NCBI RefSeq assembly: GCF_964204645.1
Contig: NC_134033.1
Span: forward strand, 15,508,655-15,572,654
DNA length: 64,000 nt
Source of the DNA: Tubulanus polymorphus
Lineage: Eukaryota > Animalia > Nemertea
Direction of reading: 5' to 3'
Under the pieces are notes generated by a model, which worked only from the letters and a program-made list of their open reading frames with translations, was not told where the DNA came from and did no database searches. This document shows, piece after piece, positions 1 through 13,500 of the stretch. The stretch's first letter is position 1. Each line of letters opens with the position of its first letter. The translations under genes and the position numbers were made by a program.

Positions 1-476
1 AACAAGACCAAATATTGTAAAATATAGTTATTTCCAAAATCTCGATGTATTAAATTAGGCAGAAAAAAGTTAACCCCAATCAGTCACTCAATTTCAAGAA
101 GATAGAAAAGAAAACAGTTCAAAAACGATTTGATTAGATTGATTATGCATTGCTAAATTTGTTGTAACTCTGGTATTCCTCAAGATGACTATAGATACTT
201 TAATCGAATTGCTGTTAAACTATAATAATCAACCATTGCTTAGATATCTAGAATATAGATGAATAACAATATGAGTTGAATTTCATATAAATATCATTTG
301 ATAATTGACTATTATCAAAATCTATATACCGGTGCACATTGCTGATCTTGTATGTGAATTGACACGTTCATAATGATCAGTGATATTCGAAAGGATTTTC
401 TGCTCACAAGATTCTTCTCTCTTTTTAGCTAAACTACTAATCAACTAGTTATAAAATGGACAAAATGATCTTCAAG

Positions 477-1674
477 CTTGTAATATAGATATCCACAATC
501 TCGATGTAATAAGATGGGCAGGAAAAATAAACCTTGTAATATAGATATCCAAAATCTAGATGTATTAAAATAGGCAGAAAAAAAATTAACCTTGTAATAT
601 AGATATCCAAAATCTCGATGTAATAAAATAGACAGAAAATAAATTATCCTTGTAACATAGATATCCAAAATCTCGATGTAATAAAATAGGCAAGAAAAAG
701 AATAAACCTTGTAATATAGATATCCAAAATCTAGATGTATTAAAATAGGCAGGAGAAAAATTAACCTTGTAATATAGATATCCAAAATCTCGATGTAATA
801 AAATAGACAGAAAAAAAATTATCCTTGTAATATAGATATCCAAAATCTCGATGTAATAAAATAGGCAAGAAAAAGAATAAACCTTGTAATATAGATATCC
901 AAAATCTAGATGTATTAAGATAGGCAGAAAAAAAGCTAACCTTGTAATATAGATATCCAAAATCTCGATGTAATGAAATAGGCAGAAAAAATAAACCTTG
1001 TAATATAGATATCCAAAATCTAGATGTATTAAAATAGGCAGAAAAAACAGTTAACCTTGTAATATAGATATCCAAAATCTCGATGTAATAAAATAGGCAG
1101 AAAAAAATAAACCTTGTAATATAGATATCCAAAATCTAGATGTATTAAAATAGGCAGAAAAAAAAGTTAACCTTGTAACATAGATATCCAAAATCTCGAT
1201 GTAATGAAATAGGCAGAAAAAATAAACCTTGTAATATAGATATCCAAAATCTAGATGTATTAAAATAGGCAGAAAAAAAGCTAACCTCGTAATATAGATA
1301 TCCAAAATCTCGATGTAATGAAATAGGCAGAAAAAATAAACCTTGTAATATAGATATCCAAAATCTAGATGTATTAAAATAGGCAGAAAAAAGCTAACCT
1401 TGTAATATAGATATCCAAAATCTCGATGTAATGAAATAGGCAGAAAAAATAAACCTTGTAATATAGATATCCAAAATCTAGATGTATTAAAATAGGCAGA
1501 AAAAACAGTTAACCTTGTAATATAGATATCCAAAATCTCGATGTAATAAAATAGGCAGAAAAAAATAAACCTTGTAATATAGATATCCAAAATCTAGATG
1601 TATTAAAATAGGCAGAAAAAAAAATTAACCTTGTAATATAGATATCCAAAATCTTGATGTATTAAAATAGGCAG
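477..1674. repeat. About 58-bp AT-rich satellite, about 21 copies, with two alternating variants
   Basis: Unit aaccttgtaatatagatatccaaaatct(c/a)gatgta(a/t)taaaataggcagaaaaaa; a divergent copy lies at 15-75. Confidence 0.97.
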
Positions 1675-1899
1675 TCAACTTAATTGACCCCAATCAGTCG
1701 CTTGCCCGTTCAGACTGGTTGGAAGATCTTTGAATGAACCAGAACCGAATTTCCCGATTACGTACTTCGATTTTGAAAAGAAAAATTATGTAAACTCGAC
1801 CGCCGATCACACAACTATATATGTACTTCGATTTTCGATTTTGAAAAAAAACCGTCTGTTTCGTTCCCGGGGTGTGGCAAATTTGTAAGGGACACCAAT

Positions 1900-4800
1900 T
1901 CAAATCAAACGAAATCTACCAATCAAAAATTGATAAAAACAGCCCGCTGAAGAATCAAACCAGAAGATCGTCACTGATACTGAACCCAACAATCTTGAAA
2001 GGTAAGTTGATTTTTATGGAAATTATTATGATTAATTCTAAATGAAATATTACAAGATAACAGGATATCTTCTTTTAATCATTGCAGCTTAATTTCAACT
2101 ATAAGAAAAAACCGAGCTTGAGAACAACTACACGTCCAAAATCGACAAACTGGAAAAGCACACGGATGAGCCCACCTGCAATGTACACATAAACCAACCA
2201 ACTAATAAGATAATCGCCAATAATGAACCCAGCAATCATAAAAGGTAACTTGATATAGGCCTACGTGGAATTATTACGATTAATTCTAGATAAAATATTT
2301 TGTCATTACAGGATATCTTCTTTTAATCTTTGCAGCGAATACGCCAAAAGACCACAGAAGAGATGCTGCAGATTCAGCCGCCACTGAGACAGAAAAAGAT
2401 GATCTGATGACAGCCCTCAAAGACACCATAGCACTGAATTAAACTCACCGACCAACGACAAACAAGGTCGTAGCCGATACTGAACCCAGCAATCGTTGAA
2501 GGTAAGATGATTTTTATGGAAATTATTATGATTAATGTTATATGAAATATTGGGTGAATACAGGATATGTTCTTTGATTCATTTTAGTTAAATCACATCT
2601 ATAAGAAAAAGCTCAGCCTGAGAACCAACTAGTCATCTAGATTCTACTGATTATAACCGCCTATACTCCGCAATCTTGAAAGGCAAGTTGATTTACATGG
2701 AAATTATTATGATTAATGTTATATGAAATATTGTGTAAATACAGGATATGTTCTTTGATTCATTTCAGCTAAATCAAATCTATAAGAAAGCATTCTTATA
2801 GGAGGCATTTAATTATCAAAATCTATGCCTCGGTCCACATTGCTGATATGATATATATTCGGCGTCTTATTCTACAGTCATTAGTCTTAAACAGTGAGGA
2901 ACTAATGCTGCTACTACAATGAATTATTGGGGGCTAAAACTAATGTTTGAATCCACCGAGAACGACAAAGAAGAAGAGATGCTGCAGATTCAGCCACCAC
3001 CGAGACGGAGAAAGATGATCTGACGACAGCCCTCAGAGACACCATAGCATTGAATTAAACTCACTGACCAATGACGAACAAGGTCGTAGCTGATACTGAA
3101 CCCAGCAATCTTGAAAGGTAAGTTGATTTTTATGGAAATTATTATGATTAATTCTAAATGAAATATTTTGTCATTACAGGATATCTTCTTTTAATCATTG
3201 CAGCGAATACGCCAAAAGACGACAGAAAAGATGCTGCTGATTCAGCCGCCACTGCGACAGAAAAAGATGATCTGATGACAGCCCCAAAGACACCATAGCA
3301 TTGAATTAAACTCATCGACCAACGACAAACAAGATCATAGCCGATACTGAACCCAGCAATCATAAAAGGTAAGTTGATTTACATGGAAATTATTATGATT
3401 ATATGAAATATTGGGTGAATACAGGATATGTTCTTTTATTCATTTTAGCTAAATCACATCTATAAGAAAAAGCTCAGCCTGAGATCAACTAGTCATCTAG
3501 AATCTACTGATTAAAACCACCTAAACTCAGCGATCTTGAAAGGTAAGTTGATTTACATGGAAATTATTATGATTAATGTTATATGAAATATTGTGTAAAT
3601 ACAGGATATGTTCTTTGATTCATTTCAGCTAAATCAAATCTATAAGAAAGCATTCTTATAGGAGGCATTTAATTATCAAAATCTATGCCTCGGTTCACAT
3701 TGCTGATCTGATATATATTCGTTGTCTTATTCTACAGTCATTAGTCTCAAACAGTGAGGAACTAATGCTGCTACTACAATGAATTATTGGGGGCTAAAAC
3801 AATGTTCGAATACACCGAAAACGACAAAGAAGAGATGCTGCAGATTCAGCCACCACCGAGACAGAAAAAGATGATCTGACTGCAGCCCTCAAAAGTACCA
3901 TAGCATTGAATTAAACTCATTGACCAATGAGGAACAAGGTCGTAGCCGATACTGAACCCAGTAATCGTTAAAGGTAAGTTGATTTACATGGAAATTATAA
4001 TGATTAATTCTAAATGAAATATTGCGCAATAATAGGATATCTTCTTTTAATCATTGCAGCTAAATTTCAACTATAAGAAAAAACCCAGCTTCAGATAAAC
4101 TTCCCGTCCAAAATCTACCGACTGGAACGCACAAATGAGGCCAACTAGAATCGAACTCATTAACCAACAACTTCGATGATCCATGTCGATAACAAACCAA
4201 GCAATCATAAAAAGTAATTAGACATAAATGGAATTATTTCGATTAATTCTAAATGAAATATTAAGTCATTACAGGATATCTTCTTTTAATAATTGCAGCT
4301 GAATTTCAACTATCAGAAAAAAACGCAGCTTGAGATCAACTACTCGTCCAAAATCGACCAACTGGAACAGCACACATATGAGGCCAACTAGAATGGAAAT
4401 TACCAACCAATGAACTAATAAGACAATTGCCGATAACGAACCCAGCAATCATAAAAGGTAACTTGATAGCCATGGAATTATTATGATTAATTCTAAATGA
4501 ATTCTAAGTCAGCAACTAACTTATAACATCATCACCGTTAATGAACCTAGTAATCATAAGAGGTAACTTGATATATATAGAATTATTTCGATTGATTCTA
4601 AATGAAATATTTATGATTACAGGATATCTTCGTTTCTCATTTCAGCTAGATCCTATCTATATGAAACTGCCCTGCTTTAAATCAACTACTCACCAAATAT
4701 CTACAGATTACAGCCCACAGAACAATCGAAGCCATCTCAAGCGCATCAATGAACTCAGAACATTTTAACCGTTACTGAACCCAGCATTCTTTAAAGGTAA

Positions 4801-5610
4801 GTTGACATCATGATATACATGAAATTACCGGTGTATAGAAATTTCAGGCCTCATATGCATATCATTTGAAATGGCTATCATCAAAATCTATTTATAGATC
4901 AACCTGGCTGATCTTTTATCTTTAAACTTTTATCTTCACTAGTCTTAAACAGTGGTGAACTAGTCCTACTACTGCAATTAATTATTGGGGTTTGAATCGG
5001 CAATTGACGTCAATGAATTTTACTTTGTGAAAAACACAGTGACTTGTAATCTAAAATGACATGTAAATTATGATAGATTTGTCTGTCAGATTTTTCACTT
5101 TTTTTCAGCCAACCTACTTCTCACAAATAATGGTCTGAAGAAGACACTCACAACTAGAAGAATACTGGTTGATCCATTTGCTGATGAAAACTGCAGAAGC
5201 CCAGATGTGAAGTTGAGGAGCCAGCAATGGATTAATCACTCAACGATGGATTCTTCTACAATCGGTGGTTGATTTCTCTAAAACATTTTATCAGGAGCAG
5301 CTGAATCTTATAAACACTGATTCAGCTACGGGATTATCTCATAAACATTGATTCAGGATAAAGTTAAACACTGTTTTAAAAGCAGCAAAGACAATAGTGT
5401 ATCTTATTAGGAGCAGCATAAACAATAATGTGTCTTATAAACACTTGAGATCCAGGAGCGGCAAAGACAATAGCGGACTTCTGTAGTAAAGTATTGTTTT
5501 TTGTTACTTAATTATCACCTTTTTCATACCAGTCTGATGGATAATATAGTGAGGAAACTATTTTATAATGTTTTATGCAATATGAGAGTCTAATAAATGC
5601 TAAGCTCCAT
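1900..5610 (+). ncRNA. Putative spliced lncRNA (or decayed gene) made of tandem exon-intron modules
   Basis: Homologous 80-91-nt introns at 2002-2087, 2245-2335, 2502-2587, 2683-2768 (GC-AG), 3118-3203, 3369-3448, 3543-3628, 3974-4059, 4214-4298 and 4563-4645, plus a longer one at 4797-5108. AATAAA at 5592. Exon 2336-2501 is closed in all three frames. The 5' end is uncertain. Confidence 0.55.
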
Positions 5611-6799
5611 TAATTCACGATATTGGTCTTCGATGGTTGATAGATAAGTCAGTTAGATTAGTCACAAGGGGTAAATGGTCGCGTCGAGCGCCTAGTTTGC
5701 ACTCGTAGGTCTGTTCAGTTAATGCCTAAACTGAGATATAGTTTCAACATGATATTGTGAGTTTAATCTTCGAACTTACCATAGTTAAACATAGTCAACT
5801 GTGGCTATTTGTCCTATAGATATCACATAGTTAGGAAACATAGAACATAACGTTTGGCCAGTGTTGATGTATTTGCTGAATTGTAGATGTACTAATTTGA
5901 TGGCATTGATATTTTCGAAGGCCCATGTAACCAATTTGACAAATGAATCGTAGATGTCGATTTTCACATAGACTTTTAAGCCTCCATCAAGCTGGGAATA
6001 ACAGGCATAGAGTTATAGCTAGGACTAACGTTTTAACATTGTTTATAGCTGTTTCAACTTCTTTTATTGTAATGGGTAAATCCATATCACGAGATGGCTC
6101 TCGTGAATAATCACTTAGCTTCAAATCGGTGCATAATGATTATTAAGGAGTGGCAGTGAATCAGTAGCGCTTTCTTAAAATGGGCCCAGAACTTTACAGT
6201 GAAAAAATGCCTGCAGTTGTAAATAGAGGAGTATAAATAATACATAACTACAAACTACAAGTACATAAAGTAATTCTAAAAAATAAAAAAAAACCAATAA
6301 ATAATAAATAGAATAAACAACAATACAAACAAACAACAAATTAATATTCTATTTACATGAAAAGGCATTTTTTCAAATATTTATCAATAAGGTTCTTCAT
6401 TTATCGAACAACCTTCCCTAAGTATAGCGAAAACCCGAGATCTTTTCTGTTGTTATTCAAAGCATTCTATCAACTCAGTTATTGTAATGAACAAAACAAA
6501 TAACCATAAACCTTAACTAAATCGAAAACATTTAAAAAAATAACTGATATGATAGAATGCTTTGAATAACTGTGATGAAAGATCGACCCGTCCTTTCAAC
6601 TAGCCACGCTCAATCACTGCTGTGACTGTTCATTGTTATACATGTTCTAAAATCTGGTACATACATTTTACTTTTTAGAAAGAATTTAGAACAGCTATAA
6701 ACTTAAGTTATTGATGTTATTGATTAGTTACCAATTGTATAATTATGTTGAAGCTGCCAGGAAAAACGTCAGAATACTTAGTATGTAATGTCAAGGTAT

Positions 6800-9350
6800 T
6801 TGGACATCTTTAAGGCAAAGTTGGCAAAATTCTAGTTTTCTAGTGAAAGTAAATGATATTAAGATTTCCAGAGTGAATCTGTATGTTCCATCTCCAGTTT
6901 TAATGCTTTTATGTTGGAGACATATTATGTTATTGTAACACAGTTCGCGTGTTTCGAAATTAGGAACTTGCAGGATGATTCCTCTGTGTGAATAAAACGA
7001 TGTACATTTTCATCATTCATGTTGAAACTTTTTAGTTGTTAATTTTTATAGCAACAATTCCACTGTGGTGCTTTTCAGTGGTTGATAAAATCCTGATTGA
7101 ATTAGGCCCTGTCGAAAAAAGCAGGAGCTTAGAATAGAAGGTCGCAGTTTCCTGATAGGCTAACTTGAGGATACAGTGCTAATTGGTCAAATGTCCTAGC
7201 TTTGTTTTGATTATCAGTTTAACCGCATCTATGTGGGGCCTGTAATATCTGGTTAAGAAGAATTTCTGATCTTTATACAGAGTTGTATTAATATCTATTA
7301 TCAAGTCCAAATAATACAAATTTTTAGAAGTTACTGTAGCTTCGTCAGTCAAACCATATTTTTATGAAGATACTAGATTTATTTTTAGATTATCACAGAA
7401 AAACCTTAATAACAGTTTGCAGGGTTTGATCTAAGGAATAAATGCCACTTGACCTTGGGGCAAGCATATATGTAATATCGCTTGCCCCCTCAAAAATCAA
7501 CTTGCCCTACATAAGCAGTCCAATTGTGACACATCATCCCTTGCATCGAGTGGGATAAAAGCTTTGAGACATAGATTTCACTATCCGGGTGGACGAGTGA
7601 TTATGATAAGCTACATGTCCTAATGAAAATATACTTGTTCTGGGCTTAGATCGGACCCTGCTTTGTTTCAAATGTAACATTTGTGAAATAAGCTAGTTGA
7701 TAATGTTTAAAGAAATCTCTTAAAGACGAGGAAAATTTGGCAATGTTTTTAGAATTTGGCAATGTTTTTAGTTTTCTTGTAATGATTAAGAATCAGTTAA
7801 CCTTACGCTTTCCAGAGTGAGTGAATTTGTAGGCCTAATGTTTTTATTTTGAACCGTTTTTAAATAACTCATTTAGCAGGGTATAATTGTTGTCTAAGAA
7901 TAAAATGACATAAATATTTGTCATTCATGTAAAAACTCATCAATTGTTACGTGTATTGCTACTTTTTCACTGGTTCATAGAATACTATTTTTATTACGGC
8001 CCTTATGGAAAATTTGATAAATGAGGATATGTGAACAGTATCAATTAGTAGATGGTGCCAGCTATATATGGACTCTAAAACCATGGTTTAACAATGTCTA
8101 CTATATGGGTCCTGAGATATCTGCACAAGAAGCACTTCAAAAAGTTATTGAATCTAACTTAATTGTAGATATCAAGGCAATTAGTTATTAGTAATTGCCC
8201 TAGCTACATTCAAATTGACATTTGAACAATATTTATATACTCAATTTATCTTGTTGTATGCATAGAAGAGAATACCTCCAAAATACTTTGCATTAAATGT
8301 AACATTTGAGAAAATAACCAATTTGATAATGTCTGAAAACCTCTTATAGACAAAGGTGGCAAAACTCTAGTTATCTTAAAATAATGTTAAAATGAAAATT
8401 AAATCAAAGACTGTTTAGTTAATCATAAGCTTTCCAGATTGAATTTTTTTTTAAATCTCTGGTTTTTGTATTTTATGTTGGAGACTTTTTTGAAATACAG
8501 GTCATGTTTTTGTAAATGACTGAGGCACTTCCTCAAGTATATGAATACCTGTCATTTAGGTATGATTGTTGTTGTGGGGATAAAATGACACATTCATGTC
8601 AATTGTTCATAAAACACTGATTTATTAAGGTCCTATCGAAAAAAGTTGAGCTTTTTCTTGATAAATGAGATGTCCCCAATCTCGATGTCATTTGAAAAGT
8701 TGACGATGATAGATTCATATTTCATGAAATATAACAAAGTGTCGGTTATATTGACCTCATGAATTGTCAAATTCAGAATCTTAGACTCGTCCAATTTTCG
8801 GTGTTTTATGGATCAAAGTTTACAATCCTTTGTGTATTTTTGTTATTTTCCTATTGATGCAAATTGAATCAGCTGTAGTGAAAATGTATCGTAGATAAAG
8901 ACTTCGAAATACCATACATGTAACTTTTGTGGTTTTTAAGTTAGTACAATTTCATACATAGGGATAGAAATAAAATTACTTTTAAAATTTGAGAAAATAA
9001 GCTAAAAGTTAATAATTTGATATGTGAAAATAAAATGATGTAAAAAATGTAAATCACATTGATTACTTAATCCTACGCTTTCCAGAGTTTGGCCAGGTAT
9101 CTCTGGTTTTAGTGCGGGGGCCATGGACTATTGAGTCCATGGTTGGGCCATAGACTTTTTTGTTATTTGTTTGTTTTGTTTTTTGAGTCTATGGTTAGAC
9201 CATGGGCGTATAAACTTTCGTTTATAGTCTATACGCCCATGGTGGTTGGACTAGTTGTTTTTGAAAGTCCGTGTTTGAGGAGCTTACGTTATAATTCCTC
9301 GAGCACAAACCTGGCATTTTGTATAATTGTTGTATGAGAATAAATATGAT
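6800..9350. repeat. Four diverged copies of a roughly 300-bp unit
   Basis: Shared blocks (ttggcaa..ttctagtt; tttccagag; ttttatgttggagac; gaataaaatgaca) near 6800-7030, 7670-7950, 8290-8640 and 9060-9350. Confidence 0.6.
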
Positions 9351-9582
9351 TTTGAAATTTGTTACTCGTTTTATTAAGCAACAAGTGTAACTAAAACAAA
9401 GCACTACTAAAACGAAAACTATACCCTAGAAAACCGACCTATTTACGTTGAGTTCGTTATCAGGTATTGCCTACACTCATCGGCAGAGGTGGTTGGATAG
9501 CGCCTCTAATGATGATTGCTAATGAGTGCATACGTAGGTCTTCGTTTTAGTCATGCATAGTTCTAGTATCACAAAGTGCTTA

Positions 9583-9802
9583 GGCTAAAAAAAATTGATA
9601 CCTTGTTTCTCCGCTCTGCTGAGCTTAAATGTTGACCCGGCCGGCCGCCTATCTACCCCATACATTACTTTTTTAAAAATCGTGATCAATTTTACCACAA
9701 CAGACCCGGCCGCTATAGAAATGAACTGTTTATTAATTTTATCATATTTTACTAAAATGACCCGGCCGCTGCGGAGAAACAAGGTATCATTTTTGTTTAG
9801 CC
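9583..9802. mobile_element. PIF/Harbinger-like MITE upstream of DOCK
   Basis: About 30-bp TIRs ggctaaa..tgataccttgtttctccgc / gcggagaaacaaggtatca..tttagcc, TTA target duplication. Confidence 0.75.
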
Positions 9803-10537
9803 TTAGGTTTTCGTTTTAATAGCGCATAGTTTTGAACACCCCTATTTCACTGCCCTTCTATAAAATTCACGGCTCAGGCCGGTCCGTGAATCAGTTGCAG
9901 TTTCCTGGAAAACATTAAACTAGACCACACGCGAGGCGCGCTTTTAAGCTGCGATCACAGGAGACGATTTGGCCCTGGCCGAATTGGCACGGATCAGGCT
10001 CGAGCCAATTTAATTGTAGAGAGCCGCGCTCACACGTTCACCTCACTCGATACTAAAATAAACAATCTTCTTTTGGATTAGGAGGCAATTTTTATTATAA
10101 GGCGAGTGACCCCAGGCCAACAAGCCATTGTTCAAATGAGGATAGATTGAATAAAGAGAGTAAATTTTGTTAGTTTTCAAATGAGTAAATGAGTAAATTT
10201 TGTATCTAGGATGTTTTTAGTTTTCTTAATGATACCAGTAATTTGGGAAATTTCTTGTGTATTTTGTCGATATGTGGTTTCCTGATATCGTGTATTGTCA
10301 AACCAAGGAAATCTATTTGTTTAGTTCAAAGTTGCCTATTTTTATTTGTTGCGCGCAGCTTGTGGCTGCTTGTCCGGGGCGCTTTCCGAGTCCTGCGTCT
10401 ATTTCCAGATCCGCGTTTTAGCGCTTTCTCGATACGAACACCAAACCCGGAAATGATTTTCGATGTCGCTGTCAAAACTTGGTGTGGATTATTTTCAGTA
10501 GTTTGTCGTCGATTCTGAAGGGTTTACACGGATTGTC

Positions 10538-13500
10538 ATGACGGATGTAACTCGTCGACAGTTTGCTAAGAACCTGGGAAAGAGCGGTAGCGCCGCTCAG
10601 ATCCGCCAGAGCGTCTCGAATACAATCAGAGAAAGTACTTATCTGGTAAGTGCAGAACTCTCAAATCGGAACACTCCCTCGCCTTCTTATGAACGTTAGT
10701 CAGAAATTACCGGTTTTTAGTATCATGATCCGTAAATTACGCAAGTTCGTTAAGCATGACTTAACTCCCAATCATTTACAAGTTCCATGCACGACTTTGT
10801 TACTCATTTCATGATTTGAATTTTGATGTTACTTATGATTTAGTAGGGCCTACGTTGCGCGGCTATTCTCTGACAGAGCCGTCCGAACTATTCTGACGCA
10901 ACTGTTTTTGACTGAAAGCTTGTATGAGTAGTAGTGGCTATTCCGACGGACTGGTGCCGACAGTTCTTAAGACTATTCCGACACAACCGCGCTTTTAACT
11001 GAACCTGTTACGAATGGCTGTTATTCCGACCGACCAGTTCGGACAGTTCTTAAAACTATTCTATTGACGAATTTCAAATCAATGTCTCAAATGGCGGCCG
11101 GAATGAAAACAATAAGAACACGTCTTATAGGCCCAAATTTGCAGAGGCTAATTAAAACTCCCAGTTTTGTTTTCATGCGCGACAATTGGGTCCTCCTAGA
11201 TTCATTCATTTATTGTGGGATTTTTACTCATCGTCTTATCACGGATATTGTGATTGAACGTGTATTAGTACATACACCCTGTCAAATTATCGAGCTTTGT
11301 CAAAAAGCTAGATCGCTCGGACGTTTGTCGATATCTGCTTGTAAATGAACGTGTACGAATGTTCAGCGCGAAAGACGTGTTTTTGTCCGACGGTAAAAAT
11401 GAGAAATGCGATCTGAAAGCAGGGTTCCGATCTAAGGAATGAAAGCCACTTGCCCGGGGGGGGGGGTGCAAGCATATCTGAAATTTTGCTTGCCCCCTCC
11501 AAAAACTACATGCCCTACACCGGCAGTCCCGATTGGTGGCACTATCATCCGTTGTATCGAGTGGGAAAAAAGCTTTCACATAAAATTGCACTAGCCCGGC
11601 GGACAATTGATAAACCTACTTGCCCTGATGAGAATATACTTTTCACGGGCAATCGGACAAGTGTTTAGATCGGACCCTGTTGAAAGCGGTATAAAGTACT
11701 TCACCGGTAATTATTTTACAGTCTGATGAACTAATTAGCAAATAACGATTAACACAGATACGTTTAACAGTGATTCAGTGATGTATAGGCTAATTAACAG
11801 TGTTTGGAACGTGGTGCTCGCTAAGATACGTATTATAGTAGGTCGAAATTCTATTTGGGGCAATTGGTCTAGATTTTGGAAAAATCATTACACCACGACC
11901 ACCACCACTGCATACCCGCGTAATGATTATAGTGGGAGTTTAATATTAGATATTGATGTTTGATAGTGGAATGGCCTCTGTACATTCAGCTAAGCAGTTG
12001 TTAACAATAGATAGTGGAAATTAGAATTAAAATCTGCTGCCACCAGGGTCCAGTTCCACAGTTCTGAGTTAAGATTTGACTCTAGAGTTAAAACATTGAA
12101 AATGAACTAACTTTAACTCAGAGTCAACTCTAACTCACAACTGTGGAACTGGGTCCTGTATGTTGTTTTAATGGATTAAAAGCAAAATCTGTTAATCGAA
12201 AAAATTCATAAACCAAAAATTGAGAGAGACGCATTGTGTCTTTTGATTATTGATTTTTCTTAATTCTTGATAAATTTCATTTTCAATCTTATCAAGTTGT
12301 ATGGTAGTGGATTTTAATCTAATTATAGATGTTTGGTTTTGTCGTGATTTCCCCGTCAGCTTTCGATACTCGGAATAACCGGACTTTTAACGTAAACAAG
12401 ATAAATTCGTTCGAATACGAAATCAAAAATTTGTATCTCGGGAATTCCCGGGACGTGGTTTATTGATCGGGAATTTGATGTCGAATATTTGGCTGCGGGC
12501 CAAATTTCGCAATAAGGTCGAACTTTTCATTCATTAATGCAATTCATCTGATAAATCGATTTAAGAGTTAATATTACTTGATAAATTCCTCAATAATTCA
12601 GCCAAAAAGAGAATTCTAGAGAGTGATATATTTACCGGCGGTAAGAAACATTTCGGCTAACGACTAATAGCGATCATCAGGCATACTGAAGCCAAGGGTT
12701 AATGCTTTTTGTGTAACTGGCTCCTGGGAAAAGTCCCGCAAAAAAACGTTTTAATTCTGAAATCGATTTAAGTTCTTCATTGATTCAGTTTATCTGAAAA
12801 ATCGATCTAGGAGTGTGTGTAACTGGGTCCATGAAGGGAAAATTACACTTAGTTCATCTTTCAGTATTCGCAATCTGATAAACCTGTGCACTGTAGATGC
12901 TTCGAAACTGACCCCTGTTGATCTTCTGAAACTGTTCCCTATTTCTAGCCGAAATTAGCTGGAAAATGAAATCGATCTTGTGACGCAAAATGTGTCACAC
13001 TTTGGTCAGTAATAAATAGTTTTAAGAGTTACAAGCGGGTTCAAATTACATTCATTTCCTAATGGACCAAACAAACACACAGTATACATAGACTGTGCAT
13101 TCTTATGAAACAATGCCTGATATACGCAACCATCTTCAACTGTCAGTATTTCGAGAGATATTAAAAAGTTTTTTCAAAATTCTAATTCGATGAATTTGGT
13201 GTTTAGAATACGGCTATGAGTTTGGATGTTGATAAAGTTTGGGTACGTAACTTTTTTTTGTTGAAGCTTTGTTTTCGCCTGTTTTTCTATCTTGTTTTTA
13301 GATTTTGAATGTTTTTCTTTTATATGAAAGAAAAGAGCGAAAAGTTATAAAGTTATTTCTTTATTGATTTTATCTCTGATTTTTTAAAATTTTCAGTTCT
13401 ACATTTCTTTTGCCCGTGATAAATCTCTTCTCCGGAAGTATTTCTAATAAATGATCTGAGTCAAGTTTCGTATCAAATTATATTTGTTTCTTTTTTTTCC

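Noticed and set aside
441-1590. Four overlapping hydrophobic minus-strand ORFs
   Set aside because: They are translations of the 58-bp satellite, with the same peptides recurring in different frames
477-1674. CRISPR-like array (also 52546-52934 and 56508-57573)
   Set aside because: Head-to-tail units without unique spacers, no cas genes, eukaryotic context
2336-3368. Repeat-protein reading of the modular exons (ANTPKDHRRDAADSAATETEK...)
   Set aside because: Stops occur in all frames of exon 2336-2501 and in the phase-1 frame of its paralog; ORF 3154-3363 is antisense
2002-4645. Introner elements or C/D snoRNAs as the explanation for near-identical introns
   Set aside because: Flanking exon ends are also homologous, which points to duplication, and no box C plus box D pair was found
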